DNA of 64,000 nucleotides, taken from contig JAQGDQ010000366.1 of NCBI GenBank assembly GCA_030141605.1, forward strand, positions 56,618 to 120,617, given 5' to 3'. This document shows, in pieces, positions 11,201 through 23,665 of the stretch (position 1 is its first letter; each line of letters opens with the position of its first letter). Source of the stretch: Tubiluchus corallicola. Its lineage: Eukaryota > Animalia > Priapulida. Both the position numbers and the translations under genes were made by a program. The notes under the pieces were generated by a model. The model saw nothing but the letters and a program-made list of their open reading frames with translations, had not been told where the DNA came from and ran no database searches.

Positions 11201-12633
11201 ATACAAAGAAAATAGGTATTTATAAATAAAAAAAGCCAAACTAATGGGAAGGGTGGCGAAAAACATTAGTTATCGAATCAGCCACCCCAAACCGAGCATT
11301 AAGTTAGTATTATGCAGTGCTGTAATTACATTGTATATAAAGAAGTATATATGACTCAATGAACTGAGGAAAATAATATAACATGCATTTTAATTTCATG
11401 CTTAAATGATCGTGAAAGAAAAGATAAAAGGATAAAAGGAAGCTTCTCAAACAGGATAAACAAAATTTAATGAAATTTTAACATTTCCATTGTTCTGATG
11501 TTATGCCATTGTAATGTGTTTATAGCTTTGTAACTTTAATTCAGTAAAAGCTGCTGCTGGCTTCGTGTAAGGTAAATAAGCCAACACTATGTAGTATGTT
11601 CGCGCATTATTGATAAAAAGTGGATTTATACGCAAAATTGTTTGTGCGGGGCCGTTGCTAGTCTTAGTATTAAGATGATAATAATTAAGCGGTCGGTTTC
11701 ACGTAGGCGTTCACTAAGTTAGGGACGTCGTTCACTTAGCACTGACGGCCTCGTGAAACCGTCCCATGTTCACACTGTATCCGTTTACTAATATGCATTG
11801 TACCGTTCCAGTACGTGATAAATGATCAATAAAATTAAATAAACATTTCATTCTCGCAAACTTTATCTCCCAAAGATAAAAACCTGATTGTCGTACGCTA
11901 TAATTGTGATGAATATTGTTGGCATCCTTCTGTCTCGGAAGACAATGGAATGTGCGCCAAGAGAGTCAGTTATTGATCACATTGATGGAGCTGCAGCGTC
12001 GACTGTGGCTGAGCAATTCGATTCTTGAACCACTGGAGACGCCTCTCCAGGGCGCATGCCTGGCAAGGTGTATGGAGATCCTGAGTTGCTCAGACAACAG
12101 GAACCCCCTCTCTTCCTCCCTGGTGTAGTCCATAGGAAAGTGGAGCAATACGTTTGGCTGCAGGAGCTGCCAGAGTCAGTGAGCATGCTGCACTGGTCCG
12201 CCTTCGGGGCTCCATTCCTGATTTGGAAGGTTTACACCTCTACACGTGGGCGTTGGGTCACTTGACCTCCTCCGCCCTCTAGCCGTTGGCTGCTTGTGCA
12301 GCTCCTCCGCCTAGTGTCGAAATACAGTGTGGCCATCCCACACTGTAATGAATATGTGCTCTATTATAAGGTTAAAGGACATTTAGAATGAAACATCCGT
12401 ATTTCACGGTGACAGTGCATAAAATATATCGCATTAGCATTAGACTAATGCTGCATTTACAAGATATACAGAGTCGGTTATGTGTAAAAGTCAGTTTATG
12501 GGGTTTTGCCCCTATAAACCCATTTCCATTTATTAAACTTGCATTATTGTGTTCTTTCTGCAGTTATTTGGCTTTTTACACGTAGCTTTGTGTGCAGTAG
12601 CGCATTCCGAACATCTGGGTAAACGCGGCTTAA

Positions 12634-13137
12634 AGCACTAGAAAACTCTCCACTTGCATAAATCTTAAAAAAGTCGTCTTGAAATTTCATACCACGTACA
12701 TTCTGTCTTTTTGCATACAGGGCTTGCATCGATGGTAACGCTGTATGAAACTTGTAAATTTAAACTCCCACGATGACCATTAGACGCCGCCACTTTAGTG
12801 GTAGGTCGTTTGAAACAAAGTTGGCACAACATTTTAAATTATTGTTTCTAGTTACATAAATCTTTCCAGCAGATAAGCGAAATGCAAAGTAATATAACTT
12901 TGCATGGAAAGTTTTTTGCGAATAATTCAACATTTCATTTTCTTCCCCATATTTACGTTTGCGTAGGTGACGTCATGTAATGGCGCCGTCGGAACAGCAT
13001 TGTGGGAAATTTAAAATGAAAACAAACAAAAATTCCTTTTAGCAAGAGTGCGATATATGTATAAAATTGCTGTAAACTAATATAATTTTAAAGGCAATTT
13101 TTCCGAAACCTACTTTAGGTACCCCTTTTCTTGTCCT
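12634..13137 (-). mobile_element. TTAA-flanked MITE (T2/Kolobok-like), imperfect TIR AGGACAAGAAAA / AGCACTAGAAAA
   Basis: ttaa on both sides (12630-12633, 13138-13141); homologous copies at 18185, 36676, 39997, 42573. Confidence 0.8.
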
Positions 13138-13789
13138 TTAACTGAATAGATTTGTAGCTTTTATGAATTCCAGCGTTGAATAAAAACGGTTTTATTTTGC
13201 GACCGTTTTACCATAAATAATCTACTGCTTTATCTAGGCAACGCATGTCCTGTCTATAAATTTTAGCAGTCCTATGCACGAGCAGTAATTTATTGAACAC
13301 GTCAACGCTTGTTCGAATGAACGAGACTAGCACGTTTGTGAGTGCACGGCTTGTTAACTTCACTCACAGGAATAACTCAGCTGCCGCCAGTCATAACTGT
13401 CAGGTTGTATTAATATTAGGTCATATTGATGAGGATGCAAAGGAGGTTGAGAACCAATTAAATAGAGGAGATATTGATGTATCAAAACTGTGTTCATAAC
13501 GTAATCGTGACATAAAGAGGAAAACAAAAAGCAACTCCATCAGTAGCAGCTGTAACCTCAGCAAGATAGAATGCAGGTCCAGGCGTTATAGGACAACACA
13601 TAAGTTTACAAGTGTGGACATTGGATGACCACCTTGGACACTTTTGCCTTGGGATTTATTAAGAGTTTCAGAATGATCGAGACTTCAGCCGACTGTCTCG
13701 TTGTAGTTTTGGATAAGAAGAAGTCTGTCCAACATTTTGTGAAAGACGTCTTGCATAATGCTTTTAATAGCAAAAATTTTTTTCAAAAG

Positions 13790-14395
13790 AAGATAGGATG
13801 ATTTCTCATATACTGCCCCATTTTCAAATCCGACAAAAAGTATACACTTTAACAATTAATACTACAAAAGCATAATTCAATTATAGATTAAAAACTTAAT
13901 TAATGGTGGGCGAGCCCAACTATTGACGACATCACAAACTAGCATAATTTTCAACAGCAAAAATATTCGATGAGTGTGTTGCATGTGTTTGCGAAAGCGA
14001 AAATTGGAGTATAATGCTACTCTAAGATATTCAGTGTGTTGTACTAAAACTAGGCAAGTTTTAAGATCAAAATTCAAATTTCAAATTTACTGCTGTACTC
14101 ACGCATGAGCTGTAAAACGTGTGTAGTTCATCACAAACTAACACATCTCAACTGAGAGGTACAGCACCTGTTTTTTGCAATGCATATCCGAAATGCAGGT
14201 GTTTGTGCCTGTCTAACTAGCAAATGGCGAAATGCATGTAACAGTGAAGAACTAGTGGCACAAATGTGAAATTGTGTTTGTAATAATTCTTTCACGTACG
14301 TCATTTTTGAAAAAAATAGTATGTTTCCTTTCAATATTTTAAAGAGTAGATTGTTTTGACCTACAGTTTAAGATCGAGTCCAGTTTTGATTTAAA
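13790..14395. mobile_element. Interspersed repeat, diverged copy at ~22670-23175
   Basis: Shared blocks gacatcacaa...cgaaagcgaaaattg...aaattcaaatttcaa...actcacgcatgagct...gattgttttg. Confidence 0.65.
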
Positions 14396-15564
14396 ACCTG
14401 TTAGATAAATAAATAGATAGATTATAGATTGTGATATTTTGTTCTTCGATTTATAGTTTTTTCTGAATAGTTTTCTTAACTTGATGATTGCAAAACAATT
14501 CCGAAAATTGACTTCATAAAACTACGTTCATAACTTATTGTTAGCCTTTCCTGTAATATTATACGAACTTGTACATTTATGTGTTGTGCTGTAAAGCCTG
14601 CACCTGCATTCTGTCTTGCTGAGTTACAGCTGCTATTGATGGAATGGTCTTTTGTTTTCCTTGTGTGTTGGTAAATGAGAGTGCCGGTCTATAATGCCGG
14701 TCTAGGATAATTAATTTAATACACCATCTGAACCATTAGTCATTTCTAATGAAGCTCATATACGGTTGTCTGGTAAAGTGAGAGTGTGTAGACCCTAGAA
14801 CGTGCATTGCTGCATCATATGTGTTATTGCATATGTGCTAAATAAAAATACAGGCTTCCCTTAAAAAACCAGGAAAAAGAGAGTACATACAAGAAAAAGT
14901 GAACAATTCTATCAAGTGCAGACATGTTTGAGGTATAGAAAAGCATTTCTCATGAATTGAAAAATTTGTCTTGAAATTTTACATCACTTACATGCTATCC
15001 TATTGTGTACAGGGCTTGCGTTAGCAGCAACACTGTATAAAAATTGTAAGTTTAATTGCCCGCGGTGACCGTTAACTCAGCCATTTTAACAGTAAGTTGT
15101 TTGGAACAAGTATAAATAATGTTATGTAAAGTATGAAAAAATATAGTGCGCTCTTCACTTACTAAGCAAAAGTTTAAATTACATTATGCTGTCAATAAGA
15201 TCGATAATGTGTTTTTTGGTGAATCAGTGGTGCACACTGGGATGGCAGCGCGCGGTCATTTTACCAGGTGGCGCGAACATAGGAAATTATTATGAATTTT
15301 CTTTTCTAGTTACAGAAGTCTTCCAAACAGGTAAGCATAATGCTAGGTAATCTAGCTTTGTAAGGAGAGACACACTATAAAGTTTCTTTTTCTTCCTCTA
15401 GTGTTAATATTGGAAGCGTGGATCTGTGACTTGATGTTGCTGTTCCAATCCTTCATGTGTGAAGCACTAGTTGCATTAAGTTCAACTTTTTTAACTCTTA
15501 TTCTTTCAATTTCAGGCTGTCCATGATTAGGAACTTAGGATGTCGCTGTCGTTAGAGATATGAC

Positions 15565-15697
15565 ATGGGTTGTGGCGGCAGCACCGACAGCAATAGCGTC
15601 GATCCTGTAGATTATCGTCGACCAAAAATCAGCATCAGAATTGGCAATCAAGTGCAGAATCCGAATGGGTTGATGCCGAAGATCATTTTCATCTTTG
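15565..15697 (+). CDS. Adenylate kinase-like tandem-domain protein, coding exon 1 (MGCGGS...PKIIFIF-G)
   Basis: ATG 15565; MGCGGSTDSNSVDPVDYRRPKISIRIGNQVQNPNGLMPKIIFIF; phase-1 donor G|gtgag; upstream acceptor ttcag at 15511-15515 implies a 5' UTR intron. Confidence 0.85.
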
Positions 15698-15819
15698 GTG
15701 AGTACTTGGGCATGTATACGTTTCTGGTATCTCTCTTGTAAGGTTGTTTGTGGAACGTAATTTATCCAGAAGGTGACCGAGGGTGACCTTAACGTAGATT
15801 GGTTTACATGTTTTAGACA

Positions 15820-16490
15820 ATCGTTGTTAAAGTGAAACATGTGTCATTGAGTGAAAAAATCGTTGTTAAAGTGAAACATGTGTCATTGAGTGTAAAAATC
15901 GTTGTTAAAGTGAAACATGTGTCATTGAGTGAAAAAATCGTTGTTAAAGTGAAACATGTGTCATTGAGTGTAAAAAATCGTTGTTAAAGTGAAACATGTG
16001 TCATTGAGTGAAAAAATCGTTGTTAAAGTGAAACATGTGTCATTGAGTGTAAAAAATCCTTGTTAAAGTGAAACATGTGTCATTGAGTGAAAAAAAAATG
16101 TTGTTAAAGTGAAACATGTGTCATTGAGTGAAAAAATCGTTGTTAAAGTGAAACATGTGTCATTGAGTGAAAAAATCGTTGTTAAAGTGAAACATGTGTC
16201 ATTGAGTGAAAAAATCGTTGTTAAAGTGAAACATGTGTCATTGAGTGAAAAAAATCCTTGTTAAAGTGAAACATGTGTCATTGAGTGAAAAAAATCCTTG
16301 TTAAAGTGAAGCATGTGTCATTGAGTGAAAAAATCGTTGTTAAAGTGAAGCATGTGTCCTTGAGTGAAAAAAATCGTTGTTAAAGTGAAACATGTGTCGT
16401 TGAGTGTAAAAAATCCTTGTTAAAGTGAAACATGTGTCATTGAGTGAAAAAAAAATGTTGTTAAAGTGAAACATGTGTCGTTAAGTGAAA
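15820..16490. repeat. Minisatellite, ~39 bp unit, ~17 copies
   Basis: Unit tcgttgttaaagtgaaacatgtgtcattgagtgaaaaaa. Confidence 0.95.
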
Positions 16491-16661
16491 AGGGTGTCAA
16501 AGGGTCAGCATCGTTAAAATGAAGCATCGCATGGAGAGCAACATCTTCAGCTAGACTTCAGACTAGCAATGTTTCTCTGTGACAGCAAACTCACAGGTGT
16601 AACTATTTCGCGAGTTACTGTCAGCAAGAAATTACAAACTATCCAACAGTTGCTGCAAGTT

Positions 16662-17260
16662 GATTTACTGTCTGGTGTGAACGCCTTTTTCATTTACTGT
16701 GTAGTGTGAATGCCTTTTTCATTTGAACACCCTTTTCATTTACTGTTTAGTGTGAATGCCTTTTTCATTTACTGTCTGGTGTGAACGCCTTTTTCATTTA
16801 CTGTCTAGTGTGAATGCCTTTTTCATTTACTGTCTAGTGTGAATGCCTTTTTCATTTGAACACCCTTTTCATTTACTGTCTAGTGTGAATGCCTTTTTCA
16901 TTTACTGCCTGGTGTGAACGCCTTTTTCATTTACTGTCTAGTGTGAACGCGTTTTTCATTTACTGTCTAGTGTGAATGCCTTTTTCATTTACTGTCTAGT
17001 GTGAATGCCTTTTTCATTTACTGTCTAGTGTGAATGCCTTTTTCATTTACTGTCTGGTGTGAATGCCTTTTTCATTTACTGTCTAGTGTGAATGCCTTTT
17101 TCATTTACTGTCTAGTGTGAATGCCTTTTTCATTTGAACACCCTTTTCATTTACTGTCTAGTGTGAATGCCTTTTTCATTTACTGTCTAGTGTGAATGCC
17201 TTTTTCATTTACTGTCTAGTGTGAACACCTTTTTCATTTACTTTCTAGTGTGAACACCTC
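16662..17260. repeat. Minisatellite, 29 bp unit with recurrent shortened variant
   Basis: Unit catttactgtctagtgtgaatgccttttt; variant catttgaacaccctttt. Confidence 0.95.
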
Positions 17261-18184
17261 GGCGAGTTACTCTTGATACTCCTTGCAGTGAATAGAGAAT
17301 TGAGTGTCACCTCGCGCTTACTGTCGGAGAGTAACTCTCTCCGTACATGCTTGTGAGTTACTTGGCGAGAAACTCGGTAGTCTGAATGTGTAGCGTCTAG
17401 TCTGAATGGACCCCTAGCGTGGTCCGAATACTCCGATGATGAATTTCCTGGATCTGAGCCTATAGCTAACGCCTAACACGGGGTAACGGCCTTTTCAATT
17501 ACCAAAAAAAAACTACTCGCATCAAATTTGGTCTACAATTTCTAACTCCTGCCGTTGCCAAAATGGAGATTTGTCCGATTTCATGCGGGATGTAGGAGTG
17601 TTCGAGATGGGGTCTGAGTTAGGATTGGGATCAGCAGTTCAGGATTGGGGCTTGGACGCTAATTGAGTTTGAGGTCAGATTTTTTGGGATTTGGGATCAA
17701 GCGATGGGGAACGAGGTTCAAAACTACCCCGATCCCGAACACCCCAGCTGTATGCATTTATAGGGACCTGTCAGACGTGCTAAACAGGAAACAGCTAAAC
17801 TTTAAATGTGCGATTCAATTAAATTAAAGCTGATTGCTCCTCATCTGTTTCTTCTGAATCTAATTTTCACTTTCAGCATCATCATCATCATCATCATCAC
17901 ATTCACTTTTCATTGTCATTTCTTCGCCATTTTATCACCCTAGTACTTCATTCTCTTTATTTATTTTATTTCGTAGATTCTACATCTTTTCGTTCCTCCA
18001 TTTTGCCGTTGCTCCGTCCTCTACAAGTTTATCTTCTTGGTCTGAGCCGATTTCGGAAAGATGTTGTAAAATTATGAATTTTGACTTGTTTTTTGTGGGA
18101 AAGTTTGTCTTGTATTGTATCATTATGTATGCAACGCTCATGGCATTTTAAAGAATAAGCTAAACTAAACTAACTGAACTCAAA

Positions 18185-18862
18185 AGGACAAGAAAAGGAT
18201 CACCTGAAGTTGGTTTCTGAAAAGTTCCCCCAAAAATTATATTATTTTATAGCAATTTTATGCGTATATCATATTTGCGTTGAAAGGATTTTTGTTTGTT
18301 TTCATTTTAAATTTCCTGCAATGCTGTTCCGAACGCGCCGTTACATGAGGTCATGTACACACAACGTAAATCAGGGGAAGAAAAGGAAATGTCGAACTAT
18401 GTCGAAAAAAAACTTTTCATAGCAACTTTATTTAGCATTTCGCTTACCTGCTTGAAAGACTTATGTAACTAGAAAAGAAAATTATTAATTATATAAATGT
18501 TTTGACGAATTGGTAAAATGTCGTTGACTCACCTCCAGGGTGCACCACTCACTAACTATTTTAGTTAGAGCAAAAACGTATTTTTAATCTTATTGACAAG
18601 ATACAGTAATCTAAAACTTTACTTAGTTTGTGACGTGTGCACTGTAAATGCTCTGATTATTTTTTCAAACTTTAATCAGTGTTCAAGTGACTTATTGTCA
18701 AAATGGCTGCATCTAACGGTCATCACGGGAGTTTAAATTTACATGTGTTATACAGCGTTACTGCCGACGCAAGCCCTGTGTGCAAAAAGGCAGTATGTAA
18801 GTGGTATAAAATTTCAAGACGAATTTTTTAACCCTAACGTAAGTTGAGGATTTTCCTGTGTT
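18185..18862 (+). mobile_element. T2/Kolobok-like MITE, near full-length
   Basis: aggacaagaaaagg 5' end; ttttcctgtgtt|ttaa 3' end; homologous to 12634-13137. Confidence 0.8.
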
Positions 18863-19014
18863 TTAAACGTATGTGATACAACAAAACTGAATATAATAAG
18901 TTAATTTATATTATATTAATGGCAAAACTGGCCATTAATATAATATAAATTAACTTATTATATTCAGTTTTGTTGTATCACATACGTTTAAAACACAGGA
19001 AAATCCTCAACTTA
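18840..19014. repeat. Perfect inverted repeat, 84 bp arms, 7 nt loop
   Basis: 18840-18923 is the exact reverse complement of 18931-19014. Confidence 0.95.
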
Positions 19015-19504
19015 TTATTAAATAAATTATTATTAAGTATTAATATTAATTAAATTAGACTAAATTAACCCTGTTAACTTATTAATATGATGTGTGTGTT
19101 GGTTATGTTATCCTGACATTTTGCCAATTTCGTTGAAAGCATGTGTACAGTGCGTGGTCTAAATGACATTACAAAACAGCAGCCAGAATTCTAATCCACT
19201 AAATTGAATTTACTCGTGTGCGAATTAAGAATCACGCGAAACAGCAAATGCACGATGTCATGCAATGATGTCACTCTTGTGTGAATTCCTTCACTCTTGT
19301 TAAACACGTGTACACGTGTTTAACGCGCATTAGCTAAAACTGTGCTCCGTGATACAATCATTACACACTACAAGTAGACCCCCCCCCCGCTCTTCCTCTT
19401 GCACTACCGCTGGCAAAATCCAGGGTCTCAAGTGGCTAGTTACTTGCTTAGATAGTGCTTTGAGACCGCAGTGAGTCTTTGTTTAATGGTGCTAATGCAT
19501 TCCA

Positions 19505-19905
19505 GCAAAACGTTAAGCGAAACGTCGTTAAATGAAACCAAAACTTCCATAGAAAGTAATGTAAAAGAATTGAGATACGTTCCAGAGACTAAAATTAATG
19601 TTGTTTAAATCATATGAATTAGACGTTTTATGACGTTTTAACAACGTCGAAACGTCGTTAAATGAAACCAAAACTTCCATAGAAAGTGATGTAAAAGAAT
19701 TGAGATACGTTACAGAAGCAAAAAATTAATGCTGCTTAATCATATAAATTAACGTATTATGAATTTCTTTCTGCTATGTTCTAGCTCTATTTTAGCTCTG
19801 TTCTACCAATTAATTTCTTTCTGCTAGCTTAAAAGGTGTCAAATATTCAACTTCGTTAAACGAATCGTCGCTAAATGGGGAGTCTTTAAGTGAGGACTTA
19901 CTGTA
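19505..19905. mobile_element. pogo/Tigger-like MITE remnant with internal ~130 bp duplication
   Basis: cgaaacgtcgttaaatgaaacc twice; terminus taagtgaggacttactg|ta. Confidence 0.5.
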
Positions 19906-20250
19906 TATGGTTTATTCATTAATCCTTGCCTTCCAGTGCTGTGGTGCACAAACACCCCATTGTTCTTTATTGGGTTGTCCCATTTTCTTTGAGCTCAACA
20001 GCAGCTGTGTTTGCTGTGTTTGCTGCTTTCTCACTGTGTGTTAATTATGTTGATTACAGTGTTAATTACAGCTAGGCTGGCTACGTTTTTAACCTTGCTC
20101 TGCTTGCATTGTTTCAGTTTTTAAAGAGTATGCAAACAAGTATCAAGTGTTCGGCTGTTAGAGGGGGTATTTTTGTTTAAATAGTATTCTATTAGCAAAT
20201 TTAATTTGACAGGAAAACAGAATAGAATTGTTATCATGATTAACCAGAAA

Positions 20251-20587
20251 CAGGGCCTATTTCAGCCTAGGCGAGGCCTGGGGAAGTGGGGCGTGTGAGG
20301 CCCCATCGGGGGTGGGGCGATGCGCCGGGGGGCGGGCGCCCAGAAAATTTTTGAACTGCTAGAACGCCGGAGAAGCATTTTCGAAGAGAATGAAAGAAAA
20401 ACTGCTTTATTCTCAAGACCAGTCCTTAATACTTGTCAATACTGGCAAACGGCGTGCGTGCGGCAAGAGAGGGAGAGAGGAGGCAGTATGTTCGCATAAA
20501 GCAAAAAAATGTTACCTTGGCGCGAGGCCCCCTGGAGGGTGAGGCCCTGGGGAAGTATCCCCACTCCCCCCCTTGAAATAGGCCCTG
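20251..20587. mobile_element. hAT-like MITE, TIR CAGGGCCTATTTCA, 8-bp TSD
   Basis: Flanks accagaaa / actagaaa (7/8 identical); GC-rich body; second copy at ~58256-58512. Confidence 0.85.
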
Positions 20588-20814
20588 ACTAGAAATAGTG
20601 GCTCGTAGCTAAGATTAGTTCGGTGCTGGTTCAGAAAATTTTTAGCCATTGTTTTAAAACTGTGTAGAACGAAACTAATATGTGTATTTTTAATGTTGTA
20701 ATTTGTAATTGTAAGCAAACAAATATATGAAAGTTTACACATGAACTTACACATAAAATCCTAAACAAACAAATATTGTTTACTTACAAATAAGCTGAAT
20801 TGTCGCAGTTCAAG

Positions 20815-22145
20815 AAGTGACAACAATGTTTCAAGTGACAATGATTAAGCCTGTTTCTTGAAGTAGTAACAGAGACACAAGTAACAATGATTAGGCTCAT
20901 TTCTTGAAGTAACAACAGCGTTTCAAGTGACAATGATTAGGCCCATTTCTTGAAGTAACAACAGAGTCACAAGTGACAATGATTAGGCCCATTTCTTGAA
21001 GTAGTAACAGAGACACAAGTAACAATGATTAGGCTCATTTCTTGAAGTAACAGCGGCGTTTCAAGTGACAATGATTAGGCCCATTTCTTGAAGTAACAAC
21101 AGCGTTTCAAGTGACAATGATTAGGCCCATTTCTTGAAGTAACAACAGCGTTTCAAGTGACAATGATTAGGCCCATTTCTTGAAGTAACAACAGCGTCTC
21201 AAGTGACAATGATTAGGCCCATTTCTTGAAGTAACAACAGCGTCTCAAGTGACAATGATTACGCCGATTTCTTGAAGTAACAACTGTGTCTCAAGTGACA
21301 ATGATTAGGCCCATTTCTTGAAGTAACAACAGCGTCTCAAGTGACAATGATTACGCCGATTTCTTGAAGTAACAACTGTGTCTCAAGTGACAATGATTAG
21401 GCCCATTTCTTGAAGTAACAACAGAGTCACAAGTAACAATGATTAGGCTCATTTCTTGAAGTAACAGCGGCGTTTCAAGTGACAATGATTAGGCCCATTT
21501 CTTGAAGTAACAACAGAGTCACAAGTGACAATTATTAGGCCCATTTCTTGAAGTAGTAACAGAGTCACAAGTGACAACGATTAGGCCCATTTCTTGAAGT
21601 AACAACAGCGTCTCAAGTGACAATGATTAGGCCCATTTCTTGAAGTAGTAACAGAGACACAAGTGACAACGATTAGGCTCATTTCTTGAAGTAACAACAG
21701 CGTTTCAAGTGACAATTATTAGGCCCATTTCTTGAAGTAGTAACAGAGTCACAAGTGGCCCATTTCTTGAAGTGACAACAGAGTCCCAAGTGACAATGAT
21801 TAGGCCCATTTCTTGAAGTGACAACAGCGTTTCAAGTGACAATTATTAGGCCCATTTCTTGAAGTAACAACAGCGTCTCAAATGACAATGATTAGGCCCA
21901 TTTCTTGAAGTAACAACAGCGTCTCAAGTGACAATGATTAGGCCCATTTCTTGAAGTAACAACAGCGTCTCAAGTGACAATGATTACGCCGATTTCTTGA
22001 AGTAACAAGAGTGTCTCAAGTGACAATGATTAGGCCCATTTCTTGAAGTAGCAACAGAGTTTCAAGTGACAATGATTAGGCCCATTTCTTGAAGTAACAA
22101 CAGCCAGCATTTCAAGTGACAATGATTAGGCCCATTTCTTGAAGT
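20815..22145. repeat. Minisatellite, 46 bp unit, ~29 copies
   Basis: Unit caagtgacaatgattaggcccatttcttgaagtaacaacagcgtct. Confidence 0.95.
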
Positions 22146-23494
22146 TATGACGAGTCTTTGAAACTGCTTGAAATTAATGAAATACGAAACCTTATTCCAC
22201 GTGATTTCCTGTCTGCATTTAAATCTGATGCTTATTTCCATGTCATCTTGTTAAATTTACTGCACCTGTCAAACTTGGAAATGGATTTGGAAGTTATTAG
22301 TGATGTTCTTTGTAGATCTTTGAATGCGCTGAGATTTGCTGGTTTTTCACAAGCGTAATCTTCATTCTGCAAAAATAAGATGCGATTTGATGATAACTAA
22401 ACTTTGGCGATAATTAATGCTCTTTCTTTTCTTGCGTCCTTTTCGCAGAGTTGTTGTTTTTGTCGAGAAAAATAAAGTGTGTTGAATTGAATTTTATTGT
22501 TGTACAACTTTTTAGACGATTCCACAGTTCCACAGTCTTGGCCGCTTAAAATTGCTAGTTGTTGCGACTTTTAACCCTTTTAATCATAACGATAATTCGC
22601 GTCTTGGTTCTATTTCAAATTTTCCCCTTAAAAATGACACGCAAGTTGCTCGCTAAAGGAGAAGTGATGGTTCACATCTTTCTCCATCTTGAAGTACGGC
22701 GAAAAGTGTACATTTGAAGACTTATGGTAATGCCAAAGCATTTCTCGTAATTACATAATGTGTTAGAAGCATAATTAACGATGTGCGAGCTCGGCTAGTG
22801 ATGACATCACAACTGAACGTAATTTTCAACAGCAGAAACTTTCCGTGTTGCACGTGATTACGAAAGCGAAAATTGAAGTACAGTTCTACGGTACAACAAA
22901 CAGAGTGATATACAAAAATTCGGCAAATTTTAAGCTTAAAATTCAAATTTCAAGTTTATCGCTATACTCACGCATGAGCTATCAAATGTTTATGCTACGT
23001 CACAACTGAACATCTCTGAATTAAATTAGACCATTTTGTGGTAAGAATTCTTTCACGTAAGTTATTCTTGGTAAAATAGAATAGAATGAAATAGAATTCC
23101 CTTTCTAAATTTTATACATGGGAGATTGTTTTGTGCTACAGTTTAATATGGTGGTCTGGACTATTCTTCCTTTAAGTATTGTTACTTTGCGTGATGAAAT
23201 TATTAGGCCCATTGCTTGGTGATGAAATTCTACAACTCTCGTCGTGTTTTCTATGTGCTGTTTTGTTTTTATTTATGATTATGTGTATTTACGTTAGAAT
23301 TAGTAATTATGTTTATTATAATTGTACTCGCTATTTTTCATTGTGTATAATGTGTGTAAATTTTTGTTACTAAGTTTTTAAAATATGTTCGTTGTCATTT
23401 ATTATGTATGTATGTAGTGATGGATTAGAATCTGTAACTATGTCTATTGTATATGATCGTTGTCGTTCAATGTGTCTCATGCGTTAGATTCTAA

Positions 23495-23601
23495 ATTATA
23501 TATATATTATTTATATTATATTATATATTATATATATTATATATATATTAAATTATATATTATTATTATATGTGTGTGTGTGTGAGTGCGTGCGTGCGTG
23601 C

Positions 23602-23663
<62 letters not shown>

Positions 23664-23665
23664 GA
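23495..23665. repeat. Compound (TA)-rich / (TG)n / (TGCG)n microsatellite
   Basis: Direct reading. Confidence 0.9.
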
